Assembly (NCBI GenBank): GCA_038325665.1 | Contig: JBBQJF010000002.1 | Span: 1-49,130, forward strand | Length of the DNA stretch: 49,130 nucleotides | Source of the DNA: Dehalococcoidia bacterium | Lineage (GTDB): Bacteria; Chloroflexota; Dehalococcoidia; CAUJGQ01 | Direction of reading: 5' to 3' | Shown here: positions 38,725 to 46,935 of the stretch, piece after piece | Position numbering within the stretch: the stretch's first letter is position 1 | Layout: each line of letters begins with the position of its first letter | Position numbers and translations under genes: made by a program | Notes under the pieces: generated by a model | Database searches by the model: none | The model's input: only the letters and a program-made list of their open reading frames with translations | Told to the model about the DNA's origin: nothing

Positions 38725-39259
38725 CTGGAACCGCACGATCAACGATATCCTCGGCGACATGGTCGCGTGCCGCCGCTGCGGGTCGCTTAACAACGAGATC
38801 GTCGTCGGATATTCCCGCTCGCCCGCCGCTGCCGAGTGGGCGCCACGTCGCCACGAATGTTCGCACAAGGACGACTGTGACGCCCGCAAGCTGGTGGTGG
38901 TGTGTGAGGCATGCGCCCGCGATCTCCGCCTTCGTGCCCGCAAGGTCGACGAAGAGGGCATGATGGTCATGATCATCGAGGAGTGCCGTCGCGAGCTTGA
39001 AGAGGCGCTCGATTACCTCGCGGACTATTGGATGGAGGACCTCGACCTCGAACCGGACGACATGGATCGCCGCCTTGAGGAGGTCGATCCCGACGTGTTC
39101 CGCGAGGAAACCGAGTGGCGTCGTCGCCTTGAGGACGAGTACCTCTCGCTCCACCGCTGGTTCCGTGAGCACCATCGCGCGATCCCCGATCCAGGATGGC
39201 GCTCGGAGTACGTCGAGGAGATGATCGGCCTCGGATATGCCACTCTCTTGGGCGACTAG
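38696..39259 (+). CDS. Hypothetical zinc-ribbon protein with an acidic helical C-terminal half
   Basis: CRRCGS...VCEACARDL cysteine pairs, then an E/D/R-rich helical region. Alternative ATG starts at 38708 and 38714. Overlaps the upstream gene end. Confidence 0.6.
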   Translation: MPTEMAMQIDWNRTINDILGDMVACRRCGSLNNEIVVGYSRSPAAAEWAPRRHECSHKDDCDARKLVVVCEACARDLRLRARKVDEEGMMVMIIEECRRELEEALDYLADYWMEDLDLEPDDMDRRLEEVDPDVFREETEWRRRLEDEYLSLHRWFREHHRAIPDPGWRSEYVEEMIGLGYATLLGD

Positions 39260-39268
39260 GGGTACCGC

Positions 39269-39781
39269 ATGGCGCGCGTGCTGGTGCTGTTTGACTCGCG
39301 CGGCGGGCTGGTCCAGCACCTCGCCGATGCCGTCGCCGCCGGTGTGGGCGAGGAGGCGGGCGCGGAGCCAGTGCTTCGGCGGTTAGACGAGGCTGACCCC
39401 GCCGAACTGCTCGATTGCGATGCCCTGATCATTGGCTCGCCCAATTGGAGCGGGATGACCGGCAAGCTCAAGGAGTGGTTTGACTACTCCGGCGACCTGT
39501 GGCAAACGGGCGAGCTTGCCGGGAAGCCGGGTGCGGCATTTGCCGCCGGATATTCGCGGTCAGGCGGGATCGAGGCCACCCTCCTCCAGCTTCTGCACCT
39601 CCTCCTCGGCCACGGCATGATCGTCGTCGGCCTGCCCTGGAGTGACCGGATGCGGGTGTCCGGATCGTATTACGGCGCGACCGCGCACGGCGCGGTCACT
39701 GATGACGATCGCGCCCAGGCGCGCTCCCTCGGCAACCGTGTGGCGGCGCTCGCCGTGCGCCTGGGGCAAGTGAGCAGCTAA
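39269..39781 (+). CDS. Flavodoxin-like fold protein (WrbA/NAD(P)H:quinone oxidoreductase-like)
   Basis: MARVLVLFDSRGG...DALIIGSPNWSGMTGKLKEWFD...GKPGAAFAAGYS is typical of flavodoxin-like FMN proteins. Confidence 0.75.
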   Translation: MARVLVLFDSRGGLVQHLADAVAAGVGEEAGAEPVLRRLDEADPAELLDCDALIIGSPNWSGMTGKLKEWFDYSGDLWQTGELAGKPGAAFAAGYSRSGGIEATLLQLLHLLLGHGMIVVGLPWSDRMRVSGSYYGATAHGAVTDDDRAQARSLGNRVAALAVRLGQVSS

Positions 39782-39810
39782 TCCCCCCAAGGCGAGCAGG
39801 GAGCCAGCCG

Positions 39811-40329
39811 TCAGCCGCTCGGCGCGGAAAACTGCGCGCGCACGGCGGCGTCCTTCTCGTGGACGGCATCGATCAGCCCTGATTGAAAGCGTTCCATCGC
39901 GGCGCGTAAGGCGGGATCGGAGGCCGCGAGGATGCGCACGGCCAGCAGCCCGGCGTTGCGCGCCCCACCGATGGCGACGGTCGCGACGGGAACGCCGGAC
40001 GGCATCTGCACGATCGACAGCAATGAGTCCATGCCATCGAGGTAGCGCAGCGGCACCGGCACGCCGATCACGGGCAGCGGCGTGGCGGCGGCGACCATTC
40101 CCGGTAGGTGCGCCGCGCCGCCGGCCCCGGCGATGATCACACGCAGCCCGCGGCCGGCGGCCAAACGCGCGTAGTCGAGCATGTCCGCCGGCGTGCGATG
40201 CGCGGAGACAACCCGCACCTCAGCGGGCACCGCGAACTCGGCCAGCGCGTCGGCCGCGGCGCGCATCACGGGCAGATCGGAATCGCTGCCCATGATCACA
40301 CCCACCAATGGCGTACCGGCATGCTGCAT
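39811..40329 (-). CDS. purE: 5-(carboxyamino)imidazole ribonucleotide mutase
   Basis: [21 protein letters not shown] and [13 protein letters not shown]. The ATG at 40329 follows AGGAGG. Confidence 0.92.
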   Translation of the reverse strand: MQHAGTPLVGVIMGSDSDLPVMRAAADALAEFAVPAEVRVVSAHRTPADMLDYARLAAGRGLRVIIAGAGGAAHLPGMVAAATPLPVIGVPVPLRYLDGMDSLLSIVQMPSGVPVATVAIGGARNAGLLAVRILAASDPALRAAMERFQSGLIDAVHEKDAAVRAQFSAPSG

Positions 40330-40394
40330 CGACCTACCTCCTGCCGCCCGCGCTCCCGCCGCACCGGACGCGCCGCCGCGAACGACGGTCTTTG

Positions 40395-40437
40395 CTGACG
40401 TGCGGTCGCGAGTCATTCTCCCCTGCCGGCACGTCAG
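40395..40437. repeat. Inverted repeat CTGACGTGC-25 nt-GCACGTCAG in the purK-purE spacer
   Basis: Perfect 9-bp arms inside an unusually long (197-nt) intercistronic gap. Confidence 0.4.
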
Positions 40438-40526
40438 AAACGCCTATGAACAAGAACTTGATGGGATGCTTGACGCGCCCGCGGGAGACATTCCACCGCC
40501 GGCCAGGGTAAGTCCGGCGACGACCC

Positions 40527-41675
40527 TCACCGCGCCGTGGTCGTGGAAGCCAGACCGGCAAGTAAGACGGCCGCCTGTTGTGCCCGAGCGCGCGCCTCCG
40601 CGATGTCGCTCCCCAGCACGGTGACGTGACCGAGCTTGCGGCCCGGCCGCGCCTCCTTGCCGTACAGATGCACCCGCGCACCACGCACACCGAGCGCGGT
40701 GGGCAAAGCAGCGCCAAGGTTCGTGTGCGGCGTCCCGAGCACGTTCACGGTCGCGACCGCCGGCACGACGAGCGCCGGGTCGCCCAGCGGCCAGTCGAGC
40801 ACGGCCCGCAGATGATTCTCGAACTGGGAGGTGACGCAGCCCTCGATCGAGTAGTGCCCGGAGTTGTGCGGGCGCGTCGCGATCTCGTTGATCAGGAGCC
40901 GCCCATCCTTGGTCGCGAACAACTCTACCGCCAAGATGCCCGTCACATCTAGCCCGGTGGCAATCGTTGCCGCGAGGCGAGCGGCGGCGTCGATCAGCCC
41001 CGTGGGGAGCGCGGCCGGCGCCAGGACCTCGTGACAGATGCCGTCCCGTTGCACCGTCTCGACCACCGGATACGTCACCGTCTCGCCGCCGGGCCGGCGC
41101 GCGACCAGCACGGCCACTTCGCGCTCGATCGCGATCCACTGCTCGACCAGCAGCGCGATGCCCGTCGCGCGCAGTTCCCGAGTCATCCCACCGGCCGCCG
41201 ACTGCTCATCCACCACCCAGACACCGCGCCCGTCGTATCCGCCTCGCGCGGCCTTCAGCACCACTGGCCAGCCGTGCGCCGCCCCGAATTCCGCGACCGC
41301 ATCGTCGGACGTGACCCGCGCGTGGGGCGGCGACGGCAGGGCGAGCGCCTCGAACGCGGCGCGCTGTCGCTCCTTGTCCTGCGCGACCGCCACCGTGGCC
41401 GGCGAGGGGCGCACCGTCGCGCCGTCGGCTTCCAGCGCCTGCATTAGCGCGACGTCCACAAGCTCGTGATCGAAGGTGACCACGTCGCACACGGACGCCA
41501 GGGAGGCCAGCGCGGTCGCGGACGTGGCCGGCCCGACGATGATGTGAGGCGTCACCCGTGCGGCGCTGTCGTCCACCCGCTCCGCTAGCACATGCACGGG
41601 CACGCCGAGCGAGATCGCCGCCTGCGCGGTCATGCGCGCGAGCTGGCCGCCGCCGATCATTCCGACAGTTGGCAT
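40527..41675 (-). CDS. purK: 5-(carboxyamino)imidazole ribonucleotide synthase (ATP-grasp)
   Basis: VGMIGGGQLARM, VLKAARGGYDGRGVWVV, NEIATRPHNSGHYS, and GKEARPGRKLGHVT at the C-terminus. Confidence 0.92.
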   Translation of the reverse strand: MPTVGMIGGGQLARMTAQAAISLGVPVHVLAERVDDSAARVTPHIIVGPATSATALASLASVCDVVTFDHELVDVALMQALEADGATVRPSPATVAVAQDKERQRAAFEALALPSPPHARVTSDDAVAEFGAAHGWPVVLKAARGGYDGRGVWVVDEQSAAGGMTRELRATGIALLVEQWIAIEREVAVLVARRPGGETVTYPVVETVQRDGICHEVLAPAALPTGLIDAAARLAATIATGLDVTGILAVELFATKDGRLLINEIATRPHNSGHYSIEGCVTSQFENHLRAVLDWPLGDPALVVPAVATVNVLGTPHTNLGAALPTALGVRGARVHLYGKEARPGRKLGHVTVLGSDIAEARARAQQAAVLLAGLASTTTAR

Positions 41676-41812
41676 GGCGCCTCCACTGTTGATGGGAGTA
41701 CCGCCCCACCGGACCCCCTACTTCGCGCGGGAGTGAGAGGCGCATGGGATTCGCGGGTGTCGGTATGTGACAATCCACTATGCTGCTTTATGTCACCTCC
41801 CCTACTCGAACG

Positions 41813-42808
41813 TCATTCCGTCTGCCCCGCGCGGGCAGCCGGCGCATGTGACACGGTGATGGGACTCCACTCACCCATCAGTCCCTGACCGTGGAGCGAT
41901 GTGCTTCCGCTCGGACTGATGTCCTTCTCCGTCATCAAGCCCAGGGCGACGGTAAAGCCGGTCAGCTTGTCGGGAACGTGTGGCTGACAGTTGACCGCCT
42001 CGCCATCGATGTACCAGCGGATTTCGTCGGCCGCGTGGTCATAGACAATGCGGTAGTCGTGCGGCTGCCCCGGCGCCGTGACCACGCTCAGCTCGTCGAA
42101 GATGCCGAAGTAGCGGGTTTCTCCTGTCCGCGGCTCCAGAACCCCCGGAAACGGCAGGCGCGCGAAGACCGTTGCAATCCTGTCGTTGGACACGAAGAAA
42201 TCCACCGCGGTTCCGGTCTCGAAATCGAGCAGATTCAACGAGACGAAGCCGTCATAGAGATCGTTCGGCGCCGTGCCATATCCCTGCGCCCTCATTGTTA
42301 TGTCGAATACAGTTGCGCCGCCGGCGAGGAGTGGAACACGCTCGCGCGAGAAGTACATGTGCTTCGCGTTATCGAGCACCTGCACGCGGTCATGTTGACG
42401 GCTGAGGCGCGCCACTGTCACCCGAAGCCGGCCGCGCTGCACCAACACCATCGCGCCCGGCTCGCGGTAGTCCCATCGCGTGCCATCGGGCAGATCGAAC
42501 CCACCCACCACCCAGGGACTCGCGTCCTTGAGCATCCGCTCAAACCCACCCAAAACCGTCGCTTGCTCGGCGCCAACGCCGACACCCATCGTGACCCCCT
42601 CGCCGGCCGCCGGCCGGTAGATGGTGCGATCTTCGCGTGGTCCGCGATGGGGCGCAAGTACGGTCTCGCCCGCGCCCGTCGCGGTGGCCGCCGCGATCTC
42701 TGCGCGCGGGTCGAACCCTCCGTATACCCGCTCCGCCATCGCGGTAACGGCAACAACGGATGCGGCCTGCTGGTGAACGGGCAACGAGGAGAGTAGGACG
42801 ATTTCCAC
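41813..42808 (-). CDS. Hypothetical protein (beta-rich, unknown family); start uncertain (GTG 42808, ATG 42739 or later)
   Basis: Protein-like composition throughout (WVVGGFDLPDGTRWDYREPGAM...YDGFVSLNLLDFETGTAVDFFVSNDRIATVFARLPFPG...IRWYIDGEAV). There is no convincing SD at any candidate start. Confidence 0.7.
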   Translation of the reverse strand: MEIVLLSSLPVHQQAASVVAVTAMAERVYGGFDPRAEIAAATATGAGETVLAPHRGPREDRTIYRPAAGEGVTMGVGVGAEQATVLGGFERMLKDASPWVVGGFDLPDGTRWDYREPGAMVLVQRGRLRVTVARLSRQHDRVQVLDNAKHMYFSRERVPLLAGGATVFDITMRAQGYGTAPNDLYDGFVSLNLLDFETGTAVDFFVSNDRIATVFARLPFPGVLEPRTGETRYFGIFDELSVVTAPGQPHDYRIVYDHAADEIRWYIDGEAVNCQPHVPDKLTGFTVALGLMTEKDISPSGSTSLHGQGLMGEWSPITVSHAPAARAGQTE

Positions 42809-43272
42809 GGAAAGCTATCGACGCCGGGGGATACGTCGCGGCCCATCCCGGCGGACAGCCAGAGCGCCGCGAAGCCAAGTGAGTCGCACAGACGGATGTG
42901 GCCGTCACGTTGCGCCCGCGTCTCCAAGCCATACAACCGAACATCGCGCGCCCGCTGGATGTCGAGCCAGGCGCCGACCAGCGCACGGCCCACGCCCCGA
43001 CCCTGGAAGTCCCGCGCCATCCCGACCGGGCCGAACCAGGCGCGCGATCCCCAGGTTGTGCTACCCGGCGCGCCCACCAACCGCCCCTCCCACCCGGCGA
43101 CGAGGCATCCGGCCGGGTCGCCGGCACAACGTTGCCGTCGCGGCACGTCACCAACGTACGGCAGGCGTCCGCGACCGGTGAGCGACCGCGTTTCGGCATC
43201 GAAGGCGCAATCGAGGATCGGCCGTGCGCCAGGGAAGTCGTCGAGCGTCATCCGGCGCACGGTGTTGGTCAT
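42418..43272 (-). CDS. GNAT family N-acetyltransferase whose reading frame runs on into the downstream gene (C-terminus probably corrupted)
   Basis: The N-terminal ~155 aa are GNAT-like (AWFGPVGMARDFQGRGVGRALVGAWL...LCDSLGF). After about 42810 the frame gives R/P/S/W-rich sequence and overlaps ORF 41813..42808 by about 390 nt. Confidence 0.55.
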   Translation of the reverse strand: MTNTVRRMTLDDFPGARPILDCAFDAETRSLTGRGRLPYVGDVPRRQRCAGDPAGCLVAGWEGRLVGAPGSTTWGSRAWFGPVGMARDFQGRGVGRALVGAWLDIQRARDVRLYGLETRAQRDGHIRLCDSLGFAALWLSAGMGRDVSPGVDSFPWKSSYSPRCPFTSRPHPLLPLPRWRSGYTEGSTRAQRSRRPPRRARARPYLRPIADHAKIAPSTGRRPARGSRWVSALAPSKRRFWVGLSGCSRTRVPGWWVGSICPMARDGTTASRARWCWCSAAGFG

Positions 43273-43342
43273 GGCGCCCAATGCGTCAGCGATGCGCGGG
43301 GCCACGTCTCCACGCTAGGTCACCCTCGCGGTCGCGAGCGGC

Positions 43343-44566
43343 CTATCCCGCCTTGCGGATCGTGGCCGTCAGACGGCGGAGCAGCTCCTCGTCGTCCATC
43401 CGCCGCTGGACACGGGCGTCGGGATTTTGGAGCAACGACTCGATTAGCGCCCGCAACTCCGCCAGCCCCCAGCCGCGACCGGCGGATACCAGCATGGCGT
43501 CGGGTTGTTCCTCATGAAGTTCCGTCGCCAGATCAGCGAGGTCGGCAAGACCGTGTACCGGTGTGCCCTCGGCCGTCACCAGATCGTCTACCTTGTTGAG
43601 AACCGTCAGACGAGGCTTGGTCGCCACATCAAGGCCGGCCAAGGTCTGCTCGACCGTCTCAGCCTGCTCGGCCGCGTTGGGGTGGGTAATATCCACCACA
43701 TGCAGCAGCAGGTCGGCATCGGTCAGTTCCTCCAATGTCGCCCGGAAGGCGGCGACCAATCCGGTGGGCAGCTTTTGGATGAAGCCGACGGTGTCGGTGA
43801 GCAGGAAGAAGCCGCCGCCCGGCAGACCGACCTTTCGGGTCACCGGGTCGAGCGTGGCAAACAGCTTGTCCTCGGCAAGCACGGCCGACTTCGAGAGCGC
43901 GTTCATCAGCGTGCTCTTGCCGGCGTTGGTGTAGCCGACCAGCGCGACCACCGGCACGCCCTGCTTCGCCCGACGGCGGCGGTAGAGCGAGCGATGACGC
44001 CGCACCTGGTCAAGTTGCGCCTTGAGATGGGTGATGCGGGCACGGACCAGCCGCCGGTCGGTCTCGATCTGCGTTTCGCCGGGGCCGCGGGTGCCGATAC
44101 CGCCGCCGAGGCGCTCAAGGTGGGACCACTGCCCCGCGAGCCGCGGTAACAGGTACTCGTGTTGCGCCAGCTCCACCTGGAGCGCACCCTCGCGGGTGCG
44201 CGCCCGCCGCGCGAAGATGTCGAGAATCAGCGCCGTCCGGTCGATGACCTTGACCGTGAGCGCCTCCTCAATGTTGCGCTGCTGCGAGGGCGACAGCTCG
44301 TCGTCGAACAGCACCACGTCGTATTCGAGTTGCGGTTGCAGCGCCACGATCTCCTGGAGCTTACCTTTACCGATATACGTTGCCGGGTGAGGCGAGTCGA
44401 GGCGTTGTAACGTGCGTCCGACCACCCGCGCGCCGGCCGTCGCGGCAAGCTGGGCCAGTTCGTCGAGTGAGCTCTGGCTATCCCACGATCCCTGGCTTTT
44501 CAGCTCAACGGCGACAAGGTACGCCCGTTCCGGCTGGGCTGCTGTCGCGTGCAGATTCTTTGCGAT
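43343..44566 (-). CDS. hflX: GTPase HflX, with a probable non-canonical ATC start
   Basis: GPGETQIETDRR, G1 GYTNAGKSTLMN, and DTVGF. The conserved N-terminal segment ERAYLVAVEL...SLDELAQLAATAGARVVG lies upstream of the first GTG (44425), in an open frame with no ATG, GTG or TTG. Confidence 0.85.
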   Translation of the reverse strand: MAKNLHATAAQPERAYLVAVELKSQGSWDSQSSLDELAQLAATAGARVVGRTLQRLDSPHPATYIGKGKLQEIVALQPQLEYDVVLFDDELSPSQQRNIEEALTVKVIDRTALILDIFARRARTREGALQVELAQHEYLLPRLAGQWSHLERLGGGIGTRGPGETQIETDRRLVRARITHLKAQLDQVRRHRSLYRRRRAKQGVPVVALVGYTNAGKSTLMNALSKSAVLAEDKLFATLDPVTRKVGLPGGGFFLLTDTVGFIQKLPTGLVAAFRATLEELTDADLLLHVVDITHPNAAEQAETVEQTLAGLDVATKPRLTVLNKVDDLVTAEGTPVHGLADLADLATELHEEQPDAMLVSAGRGWGLAELRALIESLLQNPDARVQRRMDDEELLRRLTATIRKAG

Positions 44567-44585
44567 GGTGGCCTCCTCGGATCGC

Positions 44586-45746
44586 CTATCGCCTCCATGA
44601 GGCGAGACGGCGCAGTCCCTCTTCGATACGATCGTCGGGCGTGGTCAGCGACAGGCGGATGTATCCCTCGCCCCGCTCGCCGTAGCCGATGCCGGGTGTG
44701 ACCACGACCCCCGTGTCATCGAGCAGCCGGCCGGCGAAATCGATTGATCGTTCACCTTCGGGCAGCCGCGCCCAGATATATAAACTCGCCTTCGGCGACT
44801 CGACATGCAGCCCGATGGCCTTGACCGCCTCAACCATGCGATCGCGACGGCGCTGATAGATCGCGTTGTGCTCGGCCACCGCACCTTGAGGGCCGCTCAT
44901 CGCCGCGATCGCCATCTGCTGGATTGCCTGGGGGATGCCGGAGTCGAGGTTTGATTTGACACGCGTGAGAGCATCGACCATGGCGGCGTTGCCCACCGCC
45001 ATACCCACCCGCCACCCCGTCATATTGTACGTCTTCGACAGCGAGTTAAACTCGATTCCAACCTCGGACGCGCCCGGAGCCTGCATGAAACTCGGCGGCA
45101 CGTACCCATCATACGCGACATCGGCGTACGCGAGATCGTGACAGACGGCGATGTCGTGCCGGCGAGCGAACTGTACCACCCGCTCGAAGAACTCTAGCGT
45201 GGCGCAGGCGCTGGTGGGGTTATTCGGATAGTTGATCCATAGCATCTTCGCCCGAGAGGCGACATCCGCCGGGATCGCGTCCAGCACCGGCAGGAAGCCG
45301 CGCTCCTCCTCGAGCGGTAGCGGATACACGACGCCCCCGGCGAACATCGTGCCGACCGCGTACACCGGATACGCCGGGTCGGGCACGAGCGCCACATCAC
45401 CGGGATCGATGAAGCACAGCGGTACGTGGCCGATACCCTCCTTTGAACCGATCAAGGGCACGATCTCGTTAGCCGGATCGAGCGTCACATCAAACCGGTC
45501 GCGGTACCACCGCGCCATCGCCCCTCGCAGTTCCGGCAGTCCCTCCGATTCCGGATAGCGGTGATTGGCCGGGTCGCCGGCCGCGGTCTTGAGCGCATCG
45601 AGCACATGGTCGGGCGTCGGCAGGTCGGGATCACCGATGCCGAAGCTGATCACATCGACGCCCTCGGCCCGCTTTGCCGCGATCTTGCGGCTGATCGCCG
45701 CGAACAAGTAGGGGGGAAGTTGCTCAACGCGCTGGGCGAGTTTCAT
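44586..45746 (-). CDS. dapL: LL-diaminopimelate aminotransferase-like class I/II aminotransferase
   Basis: MKLAQRVEQLPPYLFAAI, FGIGDPDLPTP, NYPNNPT, and PLP-lysine SLSKTYNMTGWRVG. The ATG at 45746 follows GAGGGAG. Confidence 0.8.
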   Translation of the reverse strand: MKLAQRVEQLPPYLFAAISRKIAAKRAEGVDVISFGIGDPDLPTPDHVLDALKTAAGDPANHRYPESEGLPELRGAMARWYRDRFDVTLDPANEIVPLIGSKEGIGHVPLCFIDPGDVALVPDPAYPVYAVGTMFAGGVVYPLPLEEERGFLPVLDAIPADVASRAKMLWINYPNNPTSACATLEFFERVVQFARRHDIAVCHDLAYADVAYDGYVPPSFMQAPGASEVGIEFNSLSKTYNMTGWRVGMAVGNAAMVDALTRVKSNLDSGIPQAIQQMAIAAMSGPQGAVAEHNAIYQRRRDRMVEAVKAIGLHVESPKASLYIWARLPEGERSIDFAGRLLDDTGVVVTPGIGYGERGEGYIRLSLTTPDDRIEEGLRRLASWRR

Positions 45747-45836
45747 GGAGAACGCTCCCTCACAAAGTCGGTGGATCAGTGGCGCGGGGGGTGCGCTCGG
45801 CGTCCGTGCGGCGCTCACGGCCCTGGGGCGACCCGT

Positions 45837-46808
45837 TCACGGTTCGTCGTGCGGCGAGGCCAGGAACCGCGCGACCAGCGCCGCGGCAGGCACAGTCGGG
45901 GCGCCGTGCGCCACGTCAAGCCAGTGAATGGCCGGGTCGGAGCGCCGGAACCAGTTCGCCTGAGCGCGGGCAAGGCGGTGCGTGCCGGTCTTGGTGCGGG
46001 CGATGGCCTCGGTTAGTGTAAGGTCGCCCGCGAGAAAGCCGCAAACCTCGGCGTAGCCAATCGAGTCGAGCGCCGCCAGGTCGCACGCGTATCCCCGGCT
46101 GGCGAGTCCCCGCACCTCTTCCACCAGCCCCGCCGCGAACATCTGGTCCACCCGCTGATCAATACGACGGTACAGCGCGTCCCGCTCCAACGCGAGACCG
46201 ATTACCAGGGCGCGGTAGCTCGCGCGGCCCTTGCGACGCTGTGCCGAGAACATCTGCCCGGTCGCTCGCATCACCTCGATCGCCCGCACGACGCGGCGAA
46301 TGTTGCGCGGGTCGATCACGCGGGCGGCCTCGGGGTCGCGCGTGACAAGTTCGCGGTATAGCGCGGCCGGATCGACGGCAGCCTCCGCCTCCAACCGCCG
46401 ACGCAGCGCCTGATCCGGCGGCACACGCGGCGCCTGCCACCCCTCCAGCAGGGCGCGGATGTATTGGCCGGTCCCGCCCGCGATGATCGGCAGCCTTCCC
46501 GCCGCGGCCACGGCACGCGCGGCGCCGTGCGCCAGGTCGAGAAAGTCAGCGAGACCGAACTGCTCGTCCGGGTCGCGAATGTCTATCAGATGGTGCGGCG
46601 CCTGGGCGCGCTCGGCCGCGGTCGGTTTGGCCGTACCGATGTTCATGTGCCGGTACACCTGGCGTGAGTCGGCGCTGATGATCTCACCGCCGAACCGTCG
46701 GGCGAGCTCGATCGCCAGGGCGGTCTTGCCCGACGCAGTGGGACCGACGACGACGATGATCGGGGGGCGGGTCGCGGATGGAGTGTCGCCGGTCGGGCTG
46801 TCAGGCAT
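45837..46808 (-). CDS. miaA: tRNA dimethylallyltransferase
   Basis: VVGPTASGKTALAIELA, and ISADSRQVYRHMNIGTAKP. ATG at 46808. The longer ORF to 46949 only translates REP palindromes. Confidence 0.9.
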   Translation of the reverse strand: MPDSPTGDTPSATRPPIIVVVGPTASGKTALAIELARRFGGEIISADSRQVYRHMNIGTAKPTAAERAQAPHHLIDIRDPDEQFGLADFLDLAHGAARAVAAAGRLPIIAGGTGQYIRALLEGWQAPRVPPDQALRRRLEAEAAVDPAALYRELVTRDPEAARVIDPRNIRRVVRAIEVMRATGQMFSAQRRKGRASYRALVIGLALERDALYRRIDQRVDQMFAAGLVEEVRGLASRGYACDLAALDSIGYAEVCGFLAGDLTLTEAIARTKTGTHRLARAQANWFRRSDPAIHWLDVAHGAPTVPAAALVARFLASPHDEP

Positions 46809-46866
46809 ACGCGCGGATCGATCCTGGCGCGTTCGCGGAACACCCGTCTGGATCGCCCGTGGGGGA

Positions 46867-46887
46867 GGGCGACCCATCGGGTCGCCC
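46867..46887. repeat. REP-like palindrome GGGCGACCC-atc-GGGTCGCCC (copy 3)
   Basis: Perfect 9-bp arms in the miaA-tpiA intergenic region. Confidence 0.8.
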
Positions 46888-46914
46888 ACACGGGGGCGGT
46901 CCGTGTTCACGCAT

Positions 46915-46935
46915 AGGCGACCCGGTGGGTCGCCC
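46915..46935. repeat. REP-like palindrome aGGCGACCC-ggt-GGGTCGCCC (copy 4)
   Basis: 8 of 9 bp arms, 28 nt from copy 3. The flanks GGGGGAGGGCGACCC (46861) and GGGTCGCCCTggtCCCCC (46927) could also pair as an outer stem. Confidence 0.75.

Noticed and set aside
41676-41812. A ZTP (pfl) or purine riboswitch upstream of purK.
   Set aside because: I could not find the GGGTCGTGACTGGCG / CCGCCTGGGC pseudoknot elements or a purine-riboswitch three-way junction. Only a GTGACA/TGTCAC repeat is present in an AT-rich promoter-like stretch.
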